Source of the DNA: Telmatocola sphagniphila
GTDB lineage: Bacteria; Planctomycetota; Planctomycetia; Gemmatales; Gemmataceae
DNA length: 32,000 bases
Direction: 5' to 3'
NCBI RefSeq assembly: GCF_018398935.1
Contig: NZ_CP074694.1
Location: 5,580,001 to 5,612,000 of the forward strand
Shown: piece after piece, positions 15,551 to 22,868 of the stretch
Layout: every line of letters starts with the position of its first letter
Position numbering within the stretch: the first letter of the stretch is position 1
Notes under the pieces: model-generated
The model's database searches: none
What the model saw: the letters and a program-made list of their open reading frames with translations, nothing else
What the model was told of the DNA's origin: nothing
Position numbers and translations under genes: made by a program

Positions 15551-16450
15551 TTGAAGCGGTCAAAGAATCCGACCGCCTTTCGGAGGACGGTGTTGCAATT
15601 TGGTTCTTCAGCTTCGGTGACTAGCCGAGTCGCTTCCCTGTTGGGTTGGGTCGTACTGGCCTGCGTTCCCATTGTTGGCTGGTACGCAGCGATTTTCTGG
15701 GGCTGGGTGAGCTGGCCGCGAGCGAGTGAACCGCTTCCTTTGGTACTTGGGGTTCTGGCGGCCGGGATTATTGGTTTTGAAATGGCTCTGGCGATTCGCA
15801 AAAGAGCGCGGGGCAAAAAGAATCGAATTACCGGCAAACATCTCAAGGCCACCAAATGGTGGACGCGCTGGCACGTCTATCTGGGAATTCTCGCTTTGCC
15901 CCTCGGAGTGCTGCATAGCGCCTTCCACTTCGGTGGGCCGCTGACAACGGTGCTCTTACTCTTGTTCGTAATTGTAATTCTCAGTGGAGTCTGGGGGCTG
16001 ATCCTGCAACAATGGCTGCCTTCCAAGTTGCTGATTGATTTTCCGAATGAGACGATCATCAGCGAAGTACCAGGGGTGATGAAATCGTACGAACCGGAAA
16101 TTGAAGGACTGATTCGTATTACTGCCGATGGAAGTTCGGAATTGAAGAGTATCCTGGAAACTCAACTGAAACCCTACCTGATGGAAGGGAAAAAGCATGC
16201 AATATTCAGCGATCCGGAGACTTGCCGTAAAGGATTTTCCCAATGGCGCGAACGCTATCCCTCCAGCAATCCGGCAGTGCTGCCGGCACTGGCCCGCCTG
16301 GAGACGATGTGCCAATGGCGCAGGGAATGGCGACGACAGGGTCGGGTCTATTTCTGGTTGCATAGTTGGTTACTCATCCATCTGCCGCTGTCTTTGGCCT
16401 TGTCCGTTTTGCTGATACTGCATGTGTTTGTGGCTTTGAAAATCTGGTGA
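15551..16450 (+). CDS. Unassigned 5-TM membrane protein with two Hx13H pairs (candidate di-heme b transmembrane electron carrier)
   Basis: 299 aa. Predicted helices at about aa 27-53, 62-82, 103-127, 131-156 and 266-297. His108/His122 sit in helix 3 (codons at 15872-15874 and 15914-15916). His277/His291 sit in helix 5 (16379-16381 and 16421-16423). A ~110-aa Arg/Lys-rich loop lies between helices 4 and 5. The start is a TTG and is uncertain. The stop is 7 nt before the next gene. Confidence 0.7.
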   Translation: MKRSKNPTAFRRTVLQFGSSASVTSRVASLLGWVVLACVPIVGWYAAIFWGWVSWPRASEPLPLVLGVLAAGIIGFEMALAIRKRARGKKNRITGKHLKATKWWTRWHVYLGILALPLGVLHSAFHFGGPLTTVLLLLFVIVILSGVWGLILQQWLPSKLLIDFPNETIISEVPGVMKSYEPEIEGLIRITADGSSELKSILETQLKPYLMEGKKHAIFSDPETCRKGFSQWRERYPSSNPAVLPALARLETMCQWRREWRRQGRVYFWLHSWLLIHLPLSLALSVLLILHVFVALKIW

Positions 16451-16457
16451 AGCGCGA

Positions 16458-18080
16458 ATGCCGATGAAGTACTCCCCCGGCCGGGAACGGTCGGATCGAT
16501 ACTCGAAAATCCGCGACTACTTCCAACAGCCCAACGGGGTGCAGTGGTGGAAGCGGACCTTGTGTGTAGTTGCGCTGCTGACGACCGTCTTCTGGATCGC
16601 CTGGGGGTTTGTAAAAGCCCGCGAAAGCAACAAACCCATTCTGGACGATTTTCGCTTCAGTCATGGGCCGCTAGCGAGTCCTCACACGACTCTTAACAGC
16701 GAATGCGGTGCCTGCCATAAAAAATTCGATTCCGTTGCGGAGTTCACCTCGCTCAGTGCCATCGATATTCACAAGCGCTGGCACAGCTTCGACTGTTCCA
16801 GTTGCCATGCAGGGCCCGCCGAGCAGAAAACTTATTACGCACCGCATCTCGAATCGTTTGTCGGAAAGAACAATTCCGGCGAGCAATGTTCTGACTGTCA
16901 TCGCGACCATTCCGGAGCGGACGCGTCGCTGGTTAAGATTCCCGACGGCAACTGTCTAAACTGTCACCGCGATCTCGGATCGATGGCCGAGTTCGTGAAG
17001 CACTCGACGCCGAATATTGCGAAACTGGCCGAGCATCCCAATTTTCGAATCCTTAAAGAACGCAATAGCCACACTGCGAACAATTACGATCGCGGTCTGA
17101 AGTTCAGCCATGCACAGCATCTGACGCCCGGTATGCCGATCTCCGCCACTCAGACCGGTCTTTTCACACTCGAAAAATTGAAGCCCAGCGATCGCGAGCG
17201 GTATGCCACGGCCGATCAGCTTAAACTCTTGCAATCTGCAGATTCCAAAGTTCTGCAACAGGCCGTGCAATTGCAATGTGTTTCCTGCCACACCAGCGAA
17301 CCGGCTCCCGGCCAGTTAAAAACCGATGGGGCGTACATGCAGCCGGTGAAGTTCGAGGAGCGCTGCCAGGCGTGCCACGCGCTCAATACCGGACCCATTC
17401 AAAGCCGCGATTTTCCCACGCTCAAGCTTCCGGCAATTCAGTTGCCGCATCGCTTGCAACGAAACGATCTGGCGTCTTACCTGCGGGCGAAAATCGCGGA
17501 TGTCATTTTGCACGATTCCACGTCGAATCCGAAACCGCCGATTAATGATCGGCTCGATCCCCGGCAGAAAGAGGTCGTGCAAACTTTTGAAGAACAGGTG
17601 CGAAAAATCCAAACTACCCTGGAGCGGATGATTTTTGACAGCGGCGAACACTGCGCCAAATGCCACACCTTCCAGCCGGCCAACAGTGAACCCCGGGCGA
17701 TCGCTCCGGTAAATATTCCTGCAGTCTGGCTGCCCCAGGGCCGGTTCAACCACGCTTCGCACAAAACGATGAATTGTGTCCTGTGTCACGAGAACAAGCA
17801 GCCGCTGTTCGTCGATGGAAAAGTGGATGTGACCGAACGCGGGCCAGTAGGTATCGCCGACTTCGATAGTTGCCGGGTCTGTCATTCACCGAAACATTTC
17901 GATGAACAGCGAAAGCAAGAAGTGGGCGGCGTCCGGCACGACTGCGTTTACTGCCATCGCTACCATAACGGCGAACGCGGACTATCGGCGACCGAAACAG
18001 ACCGGTGGAATAGGCTGATCCCAGAGACTTCAAAATCATCCGCGATTCTTCAAGGTCGGAGCGAAACACCGAAACCATGA
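16458..18080 (+). CDS. Membrane-anchored multiheme c-type cytochrome, ten CxxCH motifs (class III / c3-c7-like)
   Basis: 540 aa. An N-terminal ~34-aa tail is followed by the TM anchor 'TLCVVALLTTVFWIAWGFV'. Motifs: CGACH, CSSCH, CSDCH, CLNCH, CVSCH, CQACH, CAKCH, CVLCH, CRVCH, CVYCH. 'F.H..H' distal-ligand-type blocks are present (KFSHAQH, RFNHASH). Confidence 0.9.
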   Translation: MPMKYSPGRERSDRYSKIRDYFQQPNGVQWWKRTLCVVALLTTVFWIAWGFVKARESNKPILDDFRFSHGPLASPHTTLNSECGACHKKFDSVAEFTSLSAIDIHKRWHSFDCSSCHAGPAEQKTYYAPHLESFVGKNNSGEQCSDCHRDHSGADASLVKIPDGNCLNCHRDLGSMAEFVKHSTPNIAKLAEHPNFRILKERNSHTANNYDRGLKFSHAQHLTPGMPISATQTGLFTLEKLKPSDRERYATADQLKLLQSADSKVLQQAVQLQCVSCHTSEPAPGQLKTDGAYMQPVKFEERCQACHALNTGPIQSRDFPTLKLPAIQLPHRLQRNDLASYLRAKIADVILHDSTSNPKPPINDRLDPRQKEVVQTFEEQVRKIQTTLERMIFDSGEHCAKCHTFQPANSEPRAIAPVNIPAVWLPQGRFNHASHKTMNCVLCHENKQPLFVDGKVDVTERGPVGIADFDSCRVCHSPKHFDEQRKQEVGGVRHDCVYCHRYHNGERGLSATETDRWNRLIPETSKSSAILQGRSETPKP

Positions 18081-19969
18081 AGATTTCTATCCTACCTCGA
18101 CTGCATGAGATTCAGCATCACCACGGCTATCTGCCGGAGCAAGAGCTGCTTCATTTGGCCGGTGAACTGAATGTTCCATTGTATCGCATTCAGGAACTCA
18201 TCAGCTTCTTCCCGCATTTCCGGCCCGAATGGCAGAAACCGCCCCAGGTGGAAGTGCAGATCTGCCGGGATATGAGTTGCCATTTGAAGGGCAGTTCCGA
18301 CTGGATTCATTCGAAAGAAAAAGGACTGGCCGGGCTGGCCAAAGCCGGGGAAGTGGAGATCAAAGGGGTCTCCTGTCTGGGTCGGTGTGATCGGGCGGTG
18401 GCCTGTGTAGTTACCCGGCACGATCTTTCGCCTACTATCCACGAAGAGTTATTCGCCGGGCTGAGCCTTCCGGAATTTCGCGAAAAACTCACTCAGGTCA
18501 TTCAGGGTAAGAATCCCGCACCCACTCCCGATGGCCCTTCGAAACCGGGCGAGCCGTTCCGAGTCGATTCATCAGCCTGGATGATCGATCTCTATGCACA
18601 AGGCAACCTTCCGCCTTACACGGTCGCGCGTAAATTCGTCGAAGAGTTTCGGAAGCCAATAGCTCCACCCCAAGCGGGATTATCTTCCAAAGAGACCACG
18701 GCTTATATCGAGAAAGTGCACCCCTGGCTCAAGGTTCTCGAAAAATCGGGTCTGATGGGAATGGGCGGCGCGGGTGTACCGGCCGCCAAAAAATGGACCG
18801 ATGTCTGGCTGGAATCGCGGGCGGAAAAGTACATCGTGGCCAACGGCGATGAAAGCGAACCGGCTACCTTCAAGGATCGGGAATTGATTCTGCAGAAAGC
18901 CCATCTGCTGGTCGAAGGGATGCTGCTGGCCGGGCTAATGACCAATGCCACGGCCGGGATTATTTTCATTCGGCACGAATATCCGGAGCAGATTCAGGCG
19001 GCCCGATCGGCGATTGAACAGGCCCGTCAGGTCGGGATTTGCGGTAAGTCGATTCTGGGAACCGAACGGGATTACGATCTGGAAGTTTTCGTCAGCCCCG
19101 GCGGCTATATCTGCGGCGAGCAATCGGCGCTCATTGAGGCCATTGAAAACAAACGAGCTCAGCCTCGAAATCGACCGCCGGAACTGGGCACCAACGGCCT
19201 GTGGAACTGTCCCACCGTCGTCAACAATATCGAAACACTTTCCTGGACGCCGGCCATTCTGCACAATGGGGCGGACTGGTACATCAATCAAAATCGAGCC
19301 CCGTACAAAGGACGGCGATTTTTCTCGATCAGCGGCGATGTGCATAAACCCGGAGTATTCGAAGTCCCCATCGGCCTGACGCTGGGCGAATTGATCGATC
19401 TGGCGGGGGGTGTCCAAGGCGGCGAACTTGGGGCCGTGGCTACTTCGGGTCCTTCGGGGGGATTTCTTCCTGCGAGCTTCCGGATCGCCCCGAACGAAGC
19501 TCAGCCGAACCCCGAGCCGGTGAGCCTTCGGAGTTTGCCGCTCGATCTGACAGTCTTTCGCAATAAAGGCCGCGAATTGAAAATCGGTTACGATTTGATG
19601 CTGGGGGCCGGACTGGTCGTCTATAACAATACCCGCGATATGCTGCAGGCCGCCCGCAATGCCGCGCAGTTTTTCCGCAACGAATCCTGTGGCAAATGCG
19701 TTCCCTGTCGGATCGGTTCGCAAAAGATGGTCGAACTGGGCACCGGCCTTCTGGCTGAGCGGGAGGACCGCAAGCCCCAGGATATGCCCGATGAAGATTG
19801 CACCGCCCCGGCGACTAGCCCGGGCGATATTGCCCGGACCGTTAAAGACATGAAGCGCGCTTTGGAGCTGACCTCGATCTGCGGATTGGGAACCTCGGTC
19901 AGTAATCCGATCGCCTCTTATTTGCAATTTTTCGCTCCCAAGCCCGAGGGCGAAAGAAAATCGCGCTGA
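18077..19969 (+). CDS. Fused NuoE-like [2Fe-2S] / NuoF-like FMN-NAD(P)H-[4Fe-4S] flavoprotein (HoxEF/diaphorase-type)
   Basis: 630 aa. NuoE pattern Cx4C...Cx3C ('CRDMSC', 'CLGRC'). NuoF blocks 'GMGGAGVPAAKKW' (FMN), 'ANGDESEPATFKDRELI' (NADH), 'GGYICGEQSALIEAIENKRAQPR' and 'ESCGKCVPCRIG...ICGLG' ([4Fe-4S]). No signal peptide. The start overlaps the upstream stop (ATGA at 18077-18080). Confidence 0.92.
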   Translation: MKISILPRLHEIQHHHGYLPEQELLHLAGELNVPLYRIQELISFFPHFRPEWQKPPQVEVQICRDMSCHLKGSSDWIHSKEKGLAGLAKAGEVEIKGVSCLGRCDRAVACVVTRHDLSPTIHEELFAGLSLPEFREKLTQVIQGKNPAPTPDGPSKPGEPFRVDSSAWMIDLYAQGNLPPYTVARKFVEEFRKPIAPPQAGLSSKETTAYIEKVHPWLKVLEKSGLMGMGGAGVPAAKKWTDVWLESRAEKYIVANGDESEPATFKDRELILQKAHLLVEGMLLAGLMTNATAGIIFIRHEYPEQIQAARSAIEQARQVGICGKSILGTERDYDLEVFVSPGGYICGEQSALIEAIENKRAQPRNRPPELGTNGLWNCPTVVNNIETLSWTPAILHNGADWYINQNRAPYKGRRFFSISGDVHKPGVFEVPIGLTLGELIDLAGGVQGGELGAVATSGPSGGFLPASFRIAPNEAQPNPEPVSLRSLPLDLTVFRNKGRELKIGYDLMLGAGLVVYNNTRDMLQAARNAAQFFRNESCGKCVPCRIGSQKMVELGTGLLAEREDRKPQDMPDEDCTAPATSPGDIARTVKDMKRALELTSICGLGTSVSNPIASYLQFFAPKPEGERKSR

Positions 19970-20003
19970 GAATTTCCCGGCCCGACCGAAGGAATAGCCT
20001 GCG

Positions 20004-22706
20004 ATGGAAGAAGAATATTATCTCGGTGGCAGTCTTCGCGATGAGGAGTCGCTGTTTTCGCGCGGCGAAGATGGCCGGCTGATTCGCCGGGAGGAGGCAC
20101 GCCGGGATCAGTTCGAAAAAGAATGTTCCATTTTCATCGACGGCCACGAAGTCAAAATCACCGAGGCCGTGCCGGTTACGGATCGCTTGGGCAATATCCT
20201 CTACGACGGTGAAGGAGAACCGATCCCCCGTCTAACCACGATTTACGATGCCGCGCAAAAACTGGTGAAAGATGGGATCTGGGCCAAAGAGGAACTTCAA
20301 AAGCGCATCCCGTTGCTGTGCCATCAATCGCACCTGACACCCATCGCGGTTTGCCGCATGTGCTCCGTTCACATCTGCAAAATTTCGACCGATAATCAAG
20401 GCGTACCCAAAAAGGATGCCGAAGGCAAAGAGGTCAAAAAGTCGGAACGCAAACTCTACGCGGCCTGCCATCACCCGGCCATTCCCAACCAAAATACGAT
20501 CATGCGGGTGACGACCCGCGTGGGTCCCGAACAGCCCAACGACGAGGAAAAACGGGCTTCCGAAAGCGTCCGAAATTCGACCAGTCTACTCGCGGAACTT
20601 TTGGCCGCCGATCATCTACCGGCCAGTAGCGCTAATGAGGATCGCTTCTACAACGAATTGCGCGAGGTGCACAAAAACACCCGGCCGGAACCCGTTCCAG
20701 AAGGGGCGACTGTTCCGAGACCGCGCTTCCTCAGTAATCCCGGGATCGAGCAGTCGAAAAATCTCGGACGCAATGCTGTCCTGCACCCCAAATCTCGTCC
20801 CTTGAAATCGGATCACGGCGAACTGCCGTATGCCTCTAAAGCCCTGAGTCTGATTCAAGTCGATCACGACCGCTGTATCCTTTGCGACCGCTGCGTGCGT
20901 TCCTGTACCGATGTTCGAGAATTCAAGATCATCGGTCATACCGGGAAAGGGTATCGAACCCGCATCAGTTTCGATCTCGATGAGGTCATGAACGAATCGG
21001 GTTGCGTGCAATGCGGCGAGTGCATGACTTCCTGCCCGACGGGAGCGCTGATGCTCAATCGCCGGGCTGCCCCCGACTGGAAAGAGCCGGGACTGGGAAA
21101 AATTGATATCGACCCGGCCAAGCCGTTACCTCCCGCAACTCCTCAAGGTCGCTTTCCCAGTGCCCAGGAGATGCGAACGCTCTCCGTACCCTATGTGGAG
21201 AAGCAATTAACCGGAAGCGAAGCCGAGAAACTCCGTTATTTCCAGCCATTTAAAGGCATCCCTTTCGCCTATCTGCGTTGGAACGAAGGGGCGGTGGTCG
21301 AACGGGAATTCGATCGCGAAACCACTCTCTGCGTGCAAAACGAATATGGCTCCACGGCTTTCATCCTGCTCGCGGGCGAGTTTGAGGTGAAAATTGCCCT
21401 TCCGAATGGCGAGAAGAAGTTCCCCGTGAAAGCGGGCGAATCGCTGATTCTGGGCGAATTGGCCTGTCTTTCCAATCGGCCTCGCGCCGCCTCCATCGTG
21501 GCCAAAGTCCAGAATGGTGTACGGCCGCGTGTTCTCGAAGTACGCCGGAATATGCTGTCGATGCTGTTGCGCAATCAATCCGACCGGCAGGTACTGGCTA
21601 AAGTCTACCGACAGCATGCCATCAGCGATACCTTGCGGAACAATTCCCTTTTCCGGGAACTTTCCGAAGCAGATCGCCGGGAGGCCGAAAGTCTGTTTTT
21701 GAATTCCAAGGCCGTGTTGATGCGGCGACAACCGGGGGAATGTCTGGTCGCGCAGGGAGCCCCGGCCAGCTATCTCTATCTGATCCGGTTTGGTTTTGTC
21801 AAAGTCACCAAGCGCGATTTCGAGCGCGAAGAAACCATAGCCGTTCTGCGCGAAAACGATTACTTCGGCGAAATCGCTCTGATTTCCGAGCATCCGCTAC
21901 TGCGGGACGAAATTAAAAAATATGGCATCGAAGTCGATCGGCGTACGGCGTCCTGCTTCGCTCTGGACGATGTCGAAGTCCTGCGCGTTCCCCGGGATGC
22001 CTTTGAAAGCTATTGCAAAATCAACCAGAACTTTGCCGAACGGCTGGCGAAGAAATCGCTCGAGCGGGTTCGACCGACACCGGCCCGCGATCGCAAAGCG
22101 ATAGAACTGCTGGACAGTTACGTCGATCAGGGTCTCTATCAGGCCCAGAACATCCTCGTGCTCGATCTGGAGCGCTGTACTCGCTGCGATGAATGTACGA
22201 AGGCCTGCTCCGATGCCCACGGTCCGGGTGCCAATGGTCTGAGCCATAGCCGTTTGCTTCGCGAAGGAGCTCGCTTCGGGAACTTCCTGGTGGCGACCGC
22301 CTGCCGATCCTGTCACATGCCGTACTGCATGAATGACTGCCCGGTGGATGCCATTCATCGTGGTAAGGAAAGTCTCGAAATTCGAATCGAAAATCATTGC
22401 ATCGGTTGCGGCTTATGCGAACGCAACTGCCCTTACGGTTCGATTCAAATGGTTCCCAATCCGGATGTGAAAGCGAAAGCTCTTCCGGGAGCTACCGGCC
22501 TCATTGCCCAGCCGTCTCGCAAGGCCTTGAACTGCGATCTCTGCCAGGGCTTGATCGATCGCGGAGAAGATACCTTCTGTGTACACGCCTGCCCGCACGA
22601 AGCGGCCTTCCGCTTCACCGATTCCCGGGCGACACAGTCGGGTGGCCGGGAAGAACGAGCCGGGGAGAAGCTAATGCGTCTGGTCACAGAAAAAACGCGG
22701 CGATAG
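20004..22706 (+). CDS. Fe-S fusion protein: HoxU/NuoG-N-terminal-like module + two cNMP-binding-like domains + DmsB/HybA-type four-cluster ferredoxin
   Basis: 900 aa with no signal or Tat motif. [2Fe-2S] pattern C106-x10-C117-x2-C120...C155. Two ferredoxin motifs, 'CILCDRCVRSC' and 'CVQCGECMTSCPTGAL'. cNMP-like domains at about aa 413-520 ('GELACLSNRPRAASIVA') and 548-665 ('YFGEIAL...RRTASCFAL'). C-terminal motifs 'CTRCDECTKAC', 'CRSCHMPYCMNDCP', 'CIGCGLCERNCP' and 'CDLCQGL...FCVHACP'. Confidence 0.9.
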   Translation: MEEEYYLGGSLRDEESLFSRGEDGRLIRREEARRDQFEKECSIFIDGHEVKITEAVPVTDRLGNILYDGEGEPIPRLTTIYDAAQKLVKDGIWAKEELQKRIPLLCHQSHLTPIAVCRMCSVHICKISTDNQGVPKKDAEGKEVKKSERKLYAACHHPAIPNQNTIMRVTTRVGPEQPNDEEKRASESVRNSTSLLAELLAADHLPASSANEDRFYNELREVHKNTRPEPVPEGATVPRPRFLSNPGIEQSKNLGRNAVLHPKSRPLKSDHGELPYASKALSLIQVDHDRCILCDRCVRSCTDVREFKIIGHTGKGYRTRISFDLDEVMNESGCVQCGECMTSCPTGALMLNRRAAPDWKEPGLGKIDIDPAKPLPPATPQGRFPSAQEMRTLSVPYVEKQLTGSEAEKLRYFQPFKGIPFAYLRWNEGAVVEREFDRETTLCVQNEYGSTAFILLAGEFEVKIALPNGEKKFPVKAGESLILGELACLSNRPRAASIVAKVQNGVRPRVLEVRRNMLSMLLRNQSDRQVLAKVYRQHAISDTLRNNSLFRELSEADRREAESLFLNSKAVLMRRQPGECLVAQGAPASYLYLIRFGFVKVTKRDFEREETIAVLRENDYFGEIALISEHPLLRDEIKKYGIEVDRRTASCFALDDVEVLRVPRDAFESYCKINQNFAERLAKKSLERVRPTPARDRKAIELLDSYVDQGLYQAQNILVLDLERCTRCDECTKACSDAHGPGANGLSHSRLLREGARFGNFLVATACRSCHMPYCMNDCPVDAIHRGKESLEIRIENHCIGCGLCERNCPYGSIQMVPNPDVKAKALPGATGLIAQPSRKALNCDLCQGLIDRGEDTFCVHACPHEAAFRFTDSRATQSGGREERAGEKLMRLVTEKTRR

Positions 22707-22793
22707 ATGAACCGATTTTGCCGTTTATTGCGCTCGATCCGCTAGTCGCGAAAAGAAGCGAAACGGATTTTGAGAATCCCCAACGATTAGAAT

Positions 22794-22822
22794 TTGACAG
22801 TTTTCGCTGGAACCGGAACAAT
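22794..22822 (+). promoter_or_regulatory. Sigma-70-like promoter candidate (TTGACA-N17-AACAAT) ahead of the tandem cytochrome pair
   Basis: Perfect -35 hexamer at 22794-22799, a 17-nt spacer and a weak -10 (4/6) at 22817-22822. It lies inside the only sizeable gap (162 nt) of the plus-strand gene run. Pattern match only; planctomycete promoter rules are poorly defined. Confidence 0.2.
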
Positions 22823-22868
22823 CCGTTAAAGCGAATATTTAAAACCTCCTACCCTCCCGGGAAGACTC

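Noticed and set aside
15524-15552. TTGACT-N17-TTAATT promoter-like pattern upstream of the 5-TM gene
   Set aside because: I did not list it as a feature. The -10 element overlaps the only long-ORF start (TTG at 15551), both neighbouring start codons are uncertain, and planctomycete promoter consensus is poorly known. It is mentioned only within the divergent-region finding.
18935-19927. 330-aa minus-strand ORF
   Set aside because: It is fully antisense to the NuoF-like half of the flavoprotein gene, whose cofactor motifs are all intact. It has no motifs of its own.
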